From the NCBI GenBank assembly GCA_951406725.2, contig OX597823.1, positions 41,168,001 through 41,232,000 on the forward strand: 64,000 nt of DNA. The letters are read 5' to 3'. Below, piece after piece: positions 1-14,193 of the stretch. The notes below the pieces were generated by a model that was not told where the DNA came from, made no database searches, and worked only from the letters and a program-made list of their open reading frames with translations. Numbering within the stretch: position 1 is the first letter of the stretch; the number at the start of each line of letters is the position of its first letter. The translations under genes and the position numbers were made by a program. The stretch is from Octopus vulgaris (lineage: Eukaryota).

Positions 1-689
1 GTAAAAGATGTTTTACATGACACATTCTACCAGTGTCCGAAGTTTGAAAGTGTTTAGTTGCAAAATTTTTAGTTTTTTAAATCTGTCGGTCAAAAGGTAA
101 AGATCCTATTGTTGTCATTATTGTTGTTGTTACTATTGAATGTTGAAGTTAATGTAGGGTTTCTTTAGACCTTCATGAAAAATGAATTTTGAACTGGATT
201 AACGTATGTAGGAAAAGGTTTGAAATTAATTAAACATGGAATACCAGGGGAGATACGTCTGTGTTGAATTTACTAGACCATAAATTATGTGTGTATGTGT
301 GCCCACATACACACATATTAATTCATACATATTGATTCATATCTGATTTTAATCAGGAGGGCTGAACAATGTGGGAAACAGTTTTTCTCAAATTAAAGAT
401 TTGGGAGGAACTCTTGCAATAGAATGGTGTCCGTTAAAGATAGTCAAAACCCAGGTGGTGGTGTTGAATTGGCTGACGTCTTGAGTCCAGCAATTAAGTA
501 TGCCAAGAAGGGATTTGAACTCAAAACGCTAGGAATCGGAATAAATACTACAAGGCTTCCAGTCCGACACTTTTTTACACTTTCACCAAGCCACCAACCT
601 GGATTAGTACCCTTATTTCATATTTTATTTTTAAACGATTTTGTCCCAAATAAGGGTTGAAACATTTGTAGTATAAGGTAAAATAAAGA

Positions 690-900
690 AAGAAAAGAAA
701 GGGCCTGTAAACTCAAAGGATGTCAATTGCCAAAACATTTGAAGAACTGGTCATCATAGTCCAAGAGAATGTAGGACAGTGGCTGTGAGTTTCAGAGAAC
801 AACAGTTAGAAGAAAGAAGCTATTAGAATAACAGGACTTATGACTTACAGGAAACAAAACAGAAATAATGCACCTGGGGAAGAATGGAAGGCAAACTTGG
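690..900 (-). mobile_element. Degenerate L2/CR1-type LINE 3' fragment
   Basis: Minus strand near 790-840 translates SCYSNSFFLLTVVL*NS, resembling the C-terminal YxNSFFPRTxxLWNSL motif of CR1/L2/Jockey ORF2. Confidence 0.35.
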
Positions 901-1388
901 CCTTAACATAGAGTGTCAGAACTATTTGGATGAACCCCACCATCTTTGGTCAGATGCTTTGTTTACTGAAAGTGAAAGAAGTGGCCCGATGTATTCACCG
1001 AACTGCAGTTCACGGTTTGGAGGTTCATGACAGAATGCCTGTGCTACATAGTAGTTAGATGACCTTCTTATATAGCCCAACCATTTGAGTACTTCCCGTT
1101 TATCTGATTCACTCTGCAGTCATGACCGTCATATGAACATCATTATATCTACACCCGTTTCGTAATGACACCCTTGTATAGTCGCCAAAAACATTATTTT
1201 AGATACTACGAGTCTACATGTCTCTCCATACATTTTATGTTCATGTTTCTGAGGTTTAGAACGTGATAGAAAGAAGTACGTTAAGTATGTTGAACAGTTT
1301 CACATTGTGCAGCTCGCCGATATTCCGCCTGTTCTAAATTGTGATTTTTGTCTTCCGAAAGATGTTATCTATCTTTTCATGCATTTTC

Positions 1389-1443
<55 letters not shown>

Positions 1444-1500
1444 GGTGGTGATGGTGGTGGTGGTGATGGTGGTGCTGGTGGTGCTGGTTATAATAATGGT
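1389..1500. repeat. (GTA)n/(GTG)n microsatellite
   Basis: Direct reading. Confidence 0.95.
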
Positions 1501-1699
1501 AGGTGGTAGCTGCTGTTGTAGCTGTGAATAAAAGTGTTCCAACCATGACCATCCAATCATTATTCCAGCAAAAATTATACTAATGCTGACAACTTAATGC
1601 AACGCAGCGCATTTCAAGATGACAGAGAAAGCATTGAGGGAGATTTAGTTGCTATTATCACTTGCTTTAAATACATCAGTGGTTGATAAGAGACAGTTG

Positions 1700-1950
1700 C
1701 TATGGTGCTAATGGCAGCAGTAGCGGCAACAGATGTGGCAGCAGCAGCGACGACAACAGCAGCAGCAACAGCGTGCAGCTACAGCGGCAGTAGCAGCAAC
1801 AGCAGTGGTAGTGATGGTGGTAGTAGTAGTAGGAGGAGGAGGAGGGGAGAAGGAGGAGATGTGTGGTATAGGTAACAGTGATAATTGGCAGTAGCTGGAG
1901 AAAATAGTGGTGGTGGTATGGGGAGTAGTAGTTGTGATAGCAGTACTGAT
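1700..1950. repeat. Degenerate triplet (GCA/GTA/GGA) low-complexity tract
   Basis: Direct reading; source of spurious poly-T/C/L ORFs. Confidence 0.85.
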
Positions 1951-2076
1951 AGAATAAATTGCGTGATTCAAATGCTATTACGGACATTATTATTGCTTTT
2001 TAATTAGAAGAAAACTTTAAAGAAGGAAACAACACCAATAATAATAATATCATATAAAAAATATATAGTTCTCATT

Positions 2077-2078
<2 letters not shown>

Positions 2079-2135
<57 letters not shown>

Positions 2136-2274
2136 ATCCCCCCACACACGCACAGCCATTATATATAAATGTATGTATAAGTGTGTATATGTTTATCAAT
2201 GCATATACAAATGCATATATGCATCGGCATATACTATCTATATACCTGTTCATATATATGTGTGTGTGTATGTG

Positions 2275-2315
<41 letters not shown>

Positions 2316-2402
2316 TTACATATATATCTACATATATATACAAATATATATATATACATGTATATAAATATACATATATATATATATAACACACATACAT
2401 AC

Positions 2403-2483
<81 letters not shown>

Positions 2484-2625
2484 TATACATATATACATAT
2501 ATATATATATACATATAAATACATAGACATACATATATACATATATATGTATATATATATATACACATATATATAAAAATACACACACACATATATATAT
2601 ACATGCATACACACACACATATGCA
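2079..2625. repeat. Compound (TA)n/(TATG)n/(CA)n microsatellite
   Basis: Direct reading. Similar compound tracts recur at about 8160-8350, 9760-9880, 13600-13860, 19270-19410, 19720-20130, 32810-33060, 33500-33700, 40700-41140, 50740-51170, 51880-52390, 53140-53990 and 54630-54860. Confidence 0.95.
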
Positions 2626-2799
2626 TGTCTGTCTATCTGTTATTAATATATTACTATATTTTATGTTTTTTTCTACATTAGTATTTCCTTTTATTTATTT
2701 ATTATTTTTCTGTTGTTTTCGCTTCTAGAAAATTCTGTGCATTAATAACTATATTAAGATATAACAAAAATATAATAAACTGCAATAACCAAGAATTAG

Positions 2800-4095
2800 T
2801 GAGGCATGAGGGATGTCTTTTTACCGAGGAGAGATAGATGAGTGATAGTAAAAATATGAAGAGAATGATTTAGAGACAAAGAGGTAGAGAGAGACGGTAG
2901 GGCTGGATAGTGTATATGTCGGTCTGTTAGGAGACTATTATGCAGTCAATCTTTGAGAGAAAGTGTGAGAGAAAGAGAAATATAGATGGAAGATTTATAA
3001 AATATTTATTAAGAGTGGTTAAAGACAAGCAACGATATAGCAAAAGAGGGAGAAAAAGAAACGTGGAGAATGTGATAATGACGAGAAGACAGTGAAATAG
3101 GAAATGAAAGAAAGGGTGTAAGAGAGAGAGAGAAAGACAAAGAAAGAAGAGGGAGAGAAATGGAGGGACTAATAAAGAGGAAAAGAGAGAGAGATGATGG
3201 CAAAAATGACATAATGACAATAGAGAGAAGGGACAGGGATTTAAGAGGGAAAGATAGAAATGTCAACGGGAGAGACAAAAAAGAGACAGCAACATTGGTA
3301 AGTAGATAAGAGAGGAGGGGAGAGAGAAGAGGAGAGAGGAAGAGAATGAAGGTGACGTGGAATATAATGGAGAGACGGTGCAGACTGAAGGAAAAAGATT
3401 TTTAGCAAGGACAATGATGGAATTCGTTTGAAAGCCAACGGCTTTCAGTCACAATTCAGTAATTTTCCACTTCACTGATGAATTATCAAAGAATATCAGT
3501 GAATTGTGACAGATGGAAGTGGTGGGGATATTGTGGTGATGGTGGTGATATTTAGAAGACAAGCGGAAAGTAGGATAGTATGGAATGATGGGATGGGTGG
3601 GTAAAGAGAAAAAAAAAAGAAAATGAAATAATGTTGGAAAGGAAGAGATATAAAGAAAACAAGGAAGAAAGAAAGAGAGAGAGAAGATGGGGAGAGAGAG
3701 ACAGAGATAGAGAGATGAGTGAGAGGACAAGAAAGAAAGATAAAGTGTGAGGAAAGAGAGTGAAAGACTGAGAACGAAGATCGGGAGAAGAGGAGAGAGA
3801 GATAAGATGTAAGTAGAGTGATTCTAATAAAGAAAACAAGGAAAAGAGATTGGGAGAGAAAATCACGAAATTGGCAGAATACTGGGAAATAAGAGGAAAG
3901 CGAAAAAAATGCGGAAGAGAGAGTAAGGGAAGTGAGAAGTGGAAACAAAGAGTAAGGTGACAATGAGAAATAAAAATAGGAGAGCGATTATTTTGTATGA
4001 AGATGGCGGAGACTGAGAAGCAGGAACAGGATTGACAACAGACAGGGATTGAGTGCGAATAATCGGAAGAGTAAAATGGAGTAAGAAGTAATGCA
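2800..4095. repeat. Purine-rich (GA/GAA) low-complexity region
   Basis: About 1.3 kb of A/G-rich decayed GA repeats; minus-strand L/S/F ORFs are compositional. Confidence 0.85.
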
Positions 4096-4132
4096 TGTTT
4101 ATATTTTATATGTGTGTATTCGCATTAAATGA

Positions 4133-4290
4133 AGGTGCAGTCACGGTTGTATGGTGAAGTAATCTACTTCGAAATTACGTAGTTCTGGGTTCCAATCTTA
4201 CTGCGCCATACTCTGGAAAACTATTTTCTCTATCTCCGGCGTAACCGATATCTTGTGAGTGAATTTGGTACACGGTAACAATTTAGATAC
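4133..4290 (+). mobile_element. tRNA-derived SINE (family B, CORE-like), old copy
   Basis: Aligns by eye to the copy at 39669-39830 (ggttc...cttgtgagtgaatttggta). Confidence 0.65.
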
Positions 4291-4329
4291 CCCTTGCGCG
4301 CACACACACACACACACACATACACACAC

Positions 4330-4404
<75 letters not shown>

Positions 4405-4420
4405 AACTCATATATTCTAC

Positions 4421-4564
4421 AGAAAATAAAGGAATTCTCAAATACAGGATGGCTGTGAAGACAACTTAGAAAATCAGGTAAATACTGTTTAGAATACGAT
4501 ATTTACCTGATTTTCTAAGCTGTCTTCACAACCATCCAGCGTTCGGGACTTCCTTAATTTTTCT
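4421..4564. repeat. Fold-back inverted repeat (~64-bp arms, ~15-nt spacer)
   Basis: agaaaataaaggaa...agaaaatcaggtaaata (4421-4484) is the reverse complement of tatttacctgattttct...ttccttaatttttct (4500-4564), with a few mismatches. Confidence 0.9.
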
Positions 4565-4604
4565 GCTGAATACCGACACATTCAGTGGCTATAAGTTTGC
4601 TTAC

Positions 4605-4660
<56 letters not shown>

Positions 4661-4667
<7 letters not shown>

Positions 4668-4965
4668 ACATATTGAAAGCTGTGTTGATTGTGATCCCCG
4701 TTGATAGGCCCTTGATATGCAATAAAGAGTAAGAAACCTGTAGCGTTGTAGTGTGCAAATCAGTATCTCCAGTTCTATGGAGATCTTAGATTTGCTGCGT
4801 ATATAAGAGAATTGGCTAGTTGTTTCTCGCAGATTGGTCAAGGGAAGTAGACATCTCTGATGACACTAAAAAAGGTCGAAAATTGATTCAAGCAGTTGGT
4901 AATTTATTAAATAAACCCACTGAGAAACAAGTGAAATTGACATGTTTGTATATCTACTATAAATG
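4661..4965 (+). mobile_element. Penelope-like pLTR fragment with degenerate hammerhead motif (4851-4895)
   Basis: CTGATGA (4857-4863), short stem II, GAAA (4878-4881), near-palindromic stem III AATTGATT, then C; AATAAA downstream; lies between (CA)n and (TG)n tracts. Stem I pairs poorly. Confidence 0.5.
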
Positions 4966-5393
4966 TGTGTGTGTGTGTGTGTGTGCGTAATAAGAAAGTA
5001 AGTTAGGCAGGAAAATGCGTATAGCCGAAGCATAACTAAATGGTTAAGAAATTGTTTTCCCCAACTATGAGGCCCCGGTTTCGATACATTAGTGAGGCAT
5101 TTTGAGCAAATATCAATTTATCTTGTTTCGGATTGACTCGTAACTTGTGACACAAATTTGAATAAACGAATCTGAAGAGAAATATGTTCGATGAATTCCA
5201 TCAGTATTTCACACACTGCCACGCTAATTCTGTCTGAGATTTATGTTAAAGATACTCGAGGTTTTGGAATACTCAGCAACATATATGCTCATTTAAATAG
5301 CAGCTAATTCAGTTGATAGAACAATCTTTTCCTCCCTGTATATGTGTGTTTTTATGTATAGGTGTGTGCCGACTGTATGGATTCCAGTAATTC

Positions 5394-5430
<37 letters not shown>

Positions 5431-5447
5431 TATTTCTTTGTCGCATT

Positions 5448-5501
5448 TATCACTGACGAAGAGAAGGTTCTTATGAATTAACTCTGAAATCGAGTCCGAT
5501 A
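5448..5501 (+). ncRNA. Minimal type-I hammerhead ribozyme motif in a (TA)n-flanked insertion (5432-5660)
   Basis: tatca-CTGACGA-a-gag...ctc-t-GAAA-tcga-GTC-cgata; stem I tatc/gata pairs, canonical core and GUC triplet. Confidence 0.65.
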
Positions 5502-5660
5502 TGGTAATAACGGAATTTTTTAGAAATTTCTGTCGGTTTTCTTCGAAATGCATGCTTATAGTGATGAATTATATGGTTATGGACAGTGTGTCTAGTTTCG
5601 GCATATTTGGCATTAAATTTTTTTTTCTTTTGCCCTTGTTTATAAGTTGTATATGTATGA

Positions 5661-5714
<54 letters not shown>

Positions 5715-5724
5715 ACGTGTGTGT

Positions 5725-6200
5725 TTCACCTGCTCATTCATTGGACTGTAGCCATGCCGGAACGCTGGCTTGAAGGGCTTTGTTAAATAGTGAAAGTGTA
5801 CACTTCTCCCGGTAAAAGGTGGTAGTAGCCAGCCATTATAAATAGACCAGTAGCCAGCCGGTCGACAGGAGACGGTCAGATGGTCGAGAAATAGGTGTAG
5901 ACTGTGTTGATATAGTAATCATGCTATGATACTGACCGGACGTTATATCGATCCATCCTTTCGAGGATAATAACACTGTATGACTGGGAGTGGACGACTT
6001 CAGAATATAACAATATCTGTCAGAGTGACAACCGTCGTCAAAAGACAATACAACTGTGGCAAAAGACCGCTTTACAACAGACATAATAGAACAAATCCAC
6101 TCTAATACTTATTTTCAACTCTCGTACTTGTTCCATCCGACACCCGTATTGAACCGTTACATTACGGTGACGTAAACATAGCGAACCGTTTGTCAACTGG
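5725..6200 (-). mobile_element. SINE body (family D) interrupted by a ~300-bp insertion
   Basis: 5725-5787 and ~6089-6200 align to contiguous parts of the repeat seen intact at 61132-61315, 16900-17080 and 34483-34670. Confidence 0.6.
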
Positions 6201-6256
6201 TGTGTGTGTATGTGTGGTGAGAGAACAAACTCAATGACACATACGTAGACACACAT

Positions 6257-6312
<56 letters not shown>

Positions 6313-8272
6313 CAGACCTCCCCGTAGTTTCCATCAGAAGGCATTGCTCTGCCCGGGGCTATTTCAGAAGACATTTGCTCAAGGTGCCATGCAGTGGGAC
6401 TGGGCTTGAAACTGTGCGGTTGCGAAGCTAACATGTAAAATACATAGTCTCGTCTGTACCTAAAAAACAAAGTAAGCTCGCCATTGTGTTTCTATTAACA
6501 GTTAGAAACCTTCATTTACATCATTAAAACTGTTTAGAAAGCAATAAACGTCGCAGCAAGCGATTTTCTTTCCCCTATAATTAAGACCTCATGTTAACGT
6601 AAAAGCCATCATTAGTGTTTTAGAACTCATCCTTACAGCTATTAATATTATTACTGCTATTAATATTGTGGTTTTTTGTATAGACGTGCTTGTAGGAAAG
6701 GAGAAGCAAGATTGTTTCAAATTCGTGGTTTCATGAAAACGCATATGGGAAAAAATGAGGCAAAATAAAGCTAGGAATTGCTGTGATATAAAAATCTCTT
6801 TATTTAACTGAGCTGATTAGCTTATGGCTGACATTTTAGTATTTCAGGTATAATTGCATAAACAAACTTTAGGTCAATTCCACTATGTTTGAGATATATT
6901 AGATCTGTAAAATGGTATTTTTGCTGTGGTTTCTCGGAGAAAAATTCTCGCTTTCGGCAAAATGTGTTAAAGACATCAAACTCAGTTCAGAGCGACTGCT
7001 ATGCATTGGTACATGCATTTCGAGCTTCTTTGCTCTCTGAGCACCAGATTAAAATGCTAGGCAACTCTAAACTGACTGAAAAGCTTATCTTTCTTACAAG
7101 AAATTAGTAAACGCTATCTTGTACTGAGGAAAACAAAAATGCTCAAAATGCAACTATCAATCTATAGGGTGCTCTGAAATGACTTTAATGTTTTTCAATA
7201 AGGTTTTCGTATCAATAAGACGAATCCCACTAGACAAGTTTGACTCTTGGTTTGGTTAAATCTGCCATCACAATCACCATACATCACAAATGCTACCAAA
7301 AAAAAAATTCACCAGTCTCAAATTTTCAAAAATCTGCGTAACTCCTTCAATGAAATGTTATTTATCAATAAAACTAGTTTCTAATTCATTTTTACATTTT
7401 CGTATGTCGAACACAGACGGGTTTATTACATAGTATGCTACCGAATGAATTTTGATACTTGTCACTGAGCAATCGTTATCATTTTATCATCTGATCACCC
7501 CACAAAAGACCAAGTAATACCGAGCTATTGAAGCTCCGATAACCATTTAATACAGAAAAGTTAAGTAAATTTGGACTTTCAGGCAGTAGGTTCAATTATA
7601 TGCAACTACATACATTGTATGACCAGTCCATTTGTTTTTATTATCATGTTCAATTGTTTTACAATTGCTAGTTTGTTTTTTGTTTTGCTTTTTTTTTTTA
7701 CCTAAGGCAGCTATCTTGAGCATATAATCTTGCTTACTTTATCTTATTGTACAGATACTAGCTGTTTGCAATTTATCGCATATTTTTTTCCTGGCATAAG
7801 CCATATCGGTAGCTACTGTGTTGTTTATAGAATAATATACTAACATTATTCCATATCCCACGCGTGTGATATTTCACTATAAGTATTTCTTTCTTCTCCC
7901 TTTATTCCATTATTTACCTTACCGTTTCTTTCGTTGCTGCTTATCTCCATGATTTGGTAGGCTTTCTTTGAGGTTGTTGCTCTTACATCTCAGCTGGTTT
8001 GAAGTTTGCCATAAGGCATTTTCTGCTTTGTTGAGGAATTGTTGAAAGTAGTTCTATTCCAGCGATAATATTAAAACACTGGTTTGATTTCTTTCAGGTA
8101 TCCTGTTGTGGTGCTTTGTGTATACATGAGCTCGTGTATTGAAATATGTTTACGCAATGCATGCATAGGTGTATGTATGTATGTATGTTTGTATGTACGT
8201 ATGTATGTTTGTATGTATATACGTATGCTTAAATGTATGTATCGATGTTTGTATATATGTACGTATGCATGC

Positions 8273-8333
<61 letters not shown>

Positions 8334-8361
8334 CATATGCATATACATACACACACAGAAA

Positions 8362-8760
8362 GGCGGCGAGCTGGCAGAAACGTTAGCACGCCGGGCGAAA
8401 TGCTTAGCGGTATTTCGTCTGCCGTTACGTTCTGAGGTCAAATTCCGCCGAGGCCATCTTTGCCTTTCATCCTTTCAGTGTCGATTAAATAAGTACCAGT
8501 TACGCACTGGGGTCGATATAATCGACTTAACCCGTTTGTCTGTCCTTATTTGTCCCCTCTTTGTTTAGCCCCTTGTGGGTAGTAAAGAAATAGGTATTTC
8601 GTATGTCTTTACGTTTTGAGTTCAAATACCGCTGAGTTCAAATACCGCTGAGGTCGACTTTCGGGGTCGATAAATTAAGTACCAGTTGTGTACTGGGGTT
8701 GATCTAATCGACTGGCTCCCCTTCCCCAAAAATTCGGGCCTTATGCCTAGGGTAGAAAAG
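8362..8760 (+). mobile_element. tRNA-derived SINE (family A, Meta-domain-like), dimeric copy
   Basis: ggcggcgagctggcagaaacgttagc head; gcctttcatcctttc...gtcgat(t)aaataagtaccag central motif resembling the MetaSINE domain; body repeated twice. Confidence 0.85.
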
Positions 8761-8846
8761 TATATATATACACAGATACAATGGCAAACATTTATAAACA
8801 GATTCACGCACTAGTGTAAACTAATACAAGTATATGTATAATTATA

Positions 8847-8883
<37 letters not shown>

Positions 8884-9806
8884 ATATTGTCAGTGTTTGT
8901 ATATGCACAGGTATGTAAATATATTGATAGGAGATTAATAAGCTCTACTCACGCAATAATTATAAAACACGGGCACATACAAAGACAAGAAAAAGAATTT
9001 CCATTTATAATCAAAAATTTAAAATCAAAACCGAACAACTTCACTGATGGAAATAGAATCACACATCCTAAGATCGCAGGACATATATACTAATTTGTAA
9101 ACAATTTCAGTTTATGTCTGGTACTCTCTCTAACATGTTTTTTTTTTGTGTTTTTTTTTTTTTTTGCTCTTGGTCAGTGCATTAAATATATAATCCTCTT
9201 CATAACTATATTTCTTTTTATGCAGAAAATTGTCTTACTCTGCTACAATTGAGTGTACAACTGCACACAGTTTCATTCGATTTTCACCAGCAATTTAACA
9301 AAGCAGTATTAGACTTCTTCTACAATTGTGTGATGTAGCAAGATACAACATCATAGTTTAAAACATAAACAGGAAGTAAATGAAATACATATGAATTAAT
9401 AATAAATTGCTGTCATGTTTTAAAAAATCAACAAATATTAAAGCCACAGTATTATTCGTATCGTATAAAACATATATGTTTGTTCGGTGACAGATACATA
9501 GTTCAGTTCTTATTAGTAGTTTGTTATTTCTTTCTCATCGATTTCAAGGTGTTGTTCATAGATTTACATAATCTAAGGTTGACAGTGACTTTGAAGTTTC
9601 ATGCTAGTCGCCTTTATCTTATTGTACAGTACTTTTGATTTGTCAAGCCTTACATATATACTTTTGGTTCACTATATGGAGGGAACAATATGGTTGCAAA
9701 GAAGTTTTGGTATAATAGTAACCGTTCCATTACAGTAGATTTTATTAAATATGTAACAATATACATACATACGTACATACATGCATACATACATACATGC
9801 ATTATG

Positions 9807-9881
<75 letters not shown>

Positions 9882-10184
9882 CATTACTATATATATTTGT
9901 GTGTGCATGTGTACATTTTCATATTGGCCCAGTGCAATTTAAATCTTAAATTGTATGACAAATAGCTAGTATTTAGAACTTTATGTAAATCACCGTTCGT
10001 GTTATTGTATTCGTATCTTTTCTTACGAATCATGGGTCGACATTTTTTCAAATAATGTTGCTTATAACTTTTACATGTCTCTGATGATTTGACAATAAAT
10101 CGTTAATATGTAATTCACATAATGTAACCACCTATCGCCTCATGTTAATGAAACATGCGTTTCACATGGTTTGTTTATTTTATT

Positions 10185-10233
<49 letters not shown>

Positions 10234-13200
10234 CACACACACATACACACAGAGTTATGGGATGTTATTTTATAGTCTTAAAATATATAGATTAAAAAAT
10301 TATAAACGCAGCAAACATTAACTAGAAAATGACTTGCTGCAAATGTATAGTCAGATGCTATTAATAAATTTATTGAGAGTGGTATCGAATTTGTTCAGTA
10401 GAGAAAGAAAGAAAGAGACAGACAGACAGACTGACAGCATTTGCGAATTCAAAGAAACAATTACTACTTGATAGATCAGTGTATGTAGAACACTACGTAC
10501 ACAGAAAGAAAAACCGAATTGCTTGTTGAGCAGAGATGCTACCTAGGAAATATACTGTTTGAAGGCAATGGGAAGCACACACAGAATCAAAGAAACTACA
10601 ATCGCTGTATAAACTCAATTCAGGCCTATTAAACTTACAATATTTAAATCTACTATAAATAACATTACTCTCTTTCTAACAATTTGTTAAGTGTGGCGAT
10701 ATATTATAGTTATGTGTGTTCAGTGTTTATGTCAATCACTTGAATTCCTAATTCCCAAATTTGTTGAGCTGCCAGATTGATATAAAGTCCCGTCTTGTTA
10801 TTTCTCTTCGTTAATTCGCTCTCTAACTTCTTCCGTATCTCTGTAATGTTGTTTTGGATATCTGTCACATATCCAGAGACTAATACATTTCATTGGCTTA
10901 TTTCCAACAAATGGAGTGATTTTCTATGAATACAGAGTTATGGATCGAATGACCGATTGACACCATACATAACTTTCAGGGCCGAATTAAGGCCAATTGA
11001 TGTCCTACACACAAGACAACAATGGTTCCGCCTCAACTCTTCCAGAGTCTTACCGACAAGACATTAACATATAAATGATGAATATGAAATAATTGATTAA
11101 AAATTTAGTTTTCTTCCAAATCATTTCTCAAACCAGACTCACCACTATCTTGAAGACAATTTGGTTGCATAATTATAATTATTTAACTCTAAATAGTGGT
11201 GAGTAATGAGAGGATAAATTATTTGTTTATAACAAGAACAAACGGCAAAAACGCAATGTTTTAATGCGTTATTTGTTAAAAATGGAAACCTTTGCCAGAT
11301 GTTAAATCTATCACGAGGGAAAAACTCGGTAGTGCCTCCTCCCTTTGCTGTTCTAAATACAGCCAACTGATACTTCAAGCGAGGATGATTTGCTGTCGTG
11401 CACCATATTTTCACTAATTGTTCTAATTTCTCTACGTTAATTCAACACAGCAGCACATTTATGATGTGATAGCTGGGGAAAGAGAGGGCTACACCAGCAT
11501 CTAGCAATTTCACATTACATCTGAATAGACTGAAGTAACAAAAAAGTGTCTTGTTCAAGGCCACAATGCATTGCATGGGTTGGGAATTTACACACCACCT
11601 GTGTTCATGAGTCGAACACCCCTAACCTCGAAACTCCTTCACTTGGTACCCTAATTATGTACCCTTATTTTCTTGAACGACTTGCCATGATTACATTAAT
11701 TGCAATACTTAGAGTTTTGTTTCTTTCACTTTCCTCGCTCTGATACTGAATAAATATTTCCACACAACCGCATCCTTGTCATCATACCTCCTCTACTACT
11801 CACATATAAAATAGTCATCATCTGCAAATATTTCTCGCATACCCTCCAGCTTTTCGTTTAGTTTAGACCTGGTTTTCTTATATATGTAGCCACTTCTATC
11901 GGTGATTCATTCATCGCTGATCCAGGATAACACGGTACACTCAAATGTGAACCATGTTACAATTAACACAGAGTGAACTGTGATAGCACGGGTCGGCGAT
12001 CAGTAGAAGATTCTACTCGTACCACATAAATACGCCCCAGCGACCATCTACAACTCCCACTCCCGTGATAAACGAGGACAGATGTAAATTATTTTCATTA
12101 AGTTGACAGACGGTATATGTTTACTGAGTGATCGGTTTAGAATCTCTCAGTGACTCTGTTGAAGTCTGACAATATTTCACCAGACAGTTAGATATTTAAT
12201 TCATAACACCCTTTATCGCCTTATATAAATACTTATTAAATAAAACCTATTCTAAATACTATCAACTAGACTCTGAAAACATCAAGCTATCTGAATTAAT
12301 TTCTCATAAAGTTTCTACACCAATTCAGAATTCTTTGTATTATCAATCTTGATAGCGTAAATACTCACCAATTCTTCAACAAACTGGAACATCTCTGATC
12401 TTCCATAAGCTACACATGTAATTATTCAACCATTGTTGTAATGCAGCGACAATCATTTGCATATTACCTAGAATGCGCCATTAGGTCTTCGTATTCAGCA
12501 ATTCTTCCTCATTATTGGCTGTAAATAAAACTATTCAAAGGATTGTTAGACTAAAGTTATACAGAATAGATGGATATTTAGATAAAGTAATATCAATATA
12601 TTCCCTTGAAAAACTGTTCAGTTGATTCTGCTATTTAATATATCTCAACATTCTTTATACGAAACAATTGTTTACCAAACTTAAAAAAGAATCCTCTAAA
12701 CAGTTCTCTTACTGTTCTCGGATTACATTTATTTCTGCCTTCTAAGAACCTTACCAACAAATTCGTTGTTTTGCTAGTGTTACCCTTTAACCTTTCATCT
12801 AACTTTGTAGCTTTGTATTTCTCGTCGTTTACAAACGCTGTATGTGTTCCTTGCTGTCAAATCTCATCTGTGTATCGTCCTATATTCACTCTTCAAATAA
12901 ATCGAATTTCTTTCAAGAATATTTGAATTTTTCTTGTGTCAATTTCCAGCGTAAACCTAAGTCAACATGCGAGAACAAACATTTGTTATACTTAGAGATT
13001 TACTGACAGTTTCGACATAAGGCCCATTTCATGGTTATTTTCTTTTTCACTCAACAACAGAAAACTCGATTTGTGCAAGTAAATGCAGTTATAACAAACT
13101 TTAACAAATAAATACTTCCGCATTAACCACTGAACATTGTAAATATACACATAAATGCATGAAGCCATTGGTTAGACTCCAAGCTCTGGTTATAGAGATC

Positions 13201-13602
13201 AAGAACATATGCACATACATACGCATGAGAAGTTTCGGGTAGTAACACAGACTTAGCAGTAGATAAATACGATTATTCCTTTTATGCAAGTGTTCAAGAA
13301 TATCTTTCGCTTAACAACATTTCACACCACTGTGATATACATACACACTCTATACCCACACAAACACACACACACACACACATATACACACATACGCGCG
13401 CATGCATATATATACATATATAATGCAAAAGGTGCGCCGATAGGTTCGAAACGTTACGAAAACCATGAACATGCTGGAGAGTGGAGCTTATCTCTGAAAT
13501 ACATACACAAATAGATCAAGCATAAACATTGGTCACGTTTTCTGCTTCTTTTCTTATTTTCTCTGCATCCATCTCTCTTTCTCTCTCTCTCTTTCTCACA
13601 CC

Positions 13603-13645
<43 letters not shown>

Positions 13646-13678
13646 TAATATGTGTGTGTGTGTGTGTGTATATGTATG

Positions 13679-13714
<36 letters not shown>

Positions 13715-13798
13715 TGTATATATACGTATATGCACATATATATATATGTGTGTATATGCAAATATATATATGCATGTATATGCACTATGTATGTATAT

Positions 13799-13834
<36 letters not shown>

Positions 13835-14193
13835 TATATATATATATATATATATATCAGATAGAAAATGATGGCTGTGAGACATTAGCAAGCCACCATC
13901 ATAAACATTAATGGATTTGAAGTATGATAAACTGAGATTTGTCTCAAACTATTTCCAGTCCCATCGAAATTTGCCAAAGCATCAAAATCATGACAGGAAA
14001 ATTTCTATAAACAGAGAACGAATAGCATGGAAAGAAATGAAAAGGAGAGCAGAAGTGAAGTCGATGAAGGGATGAATAGGCCGTACAAAAGGCTTTATAG
14101 AATTGCCATATTGAGAGAGTGAAATATTAAATATATCGATAAAATGAACTCGAAAAACTAAGAGACTAGTGAAATAATAATAATAATAATAAT

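Noticed and set aside
5797-6175. Solo LTR ending gttaca with a PBS-like ttacggtgac
   Set aside because: 6089-6200 is the resumed SINE body, so that end and the PBS are not real.
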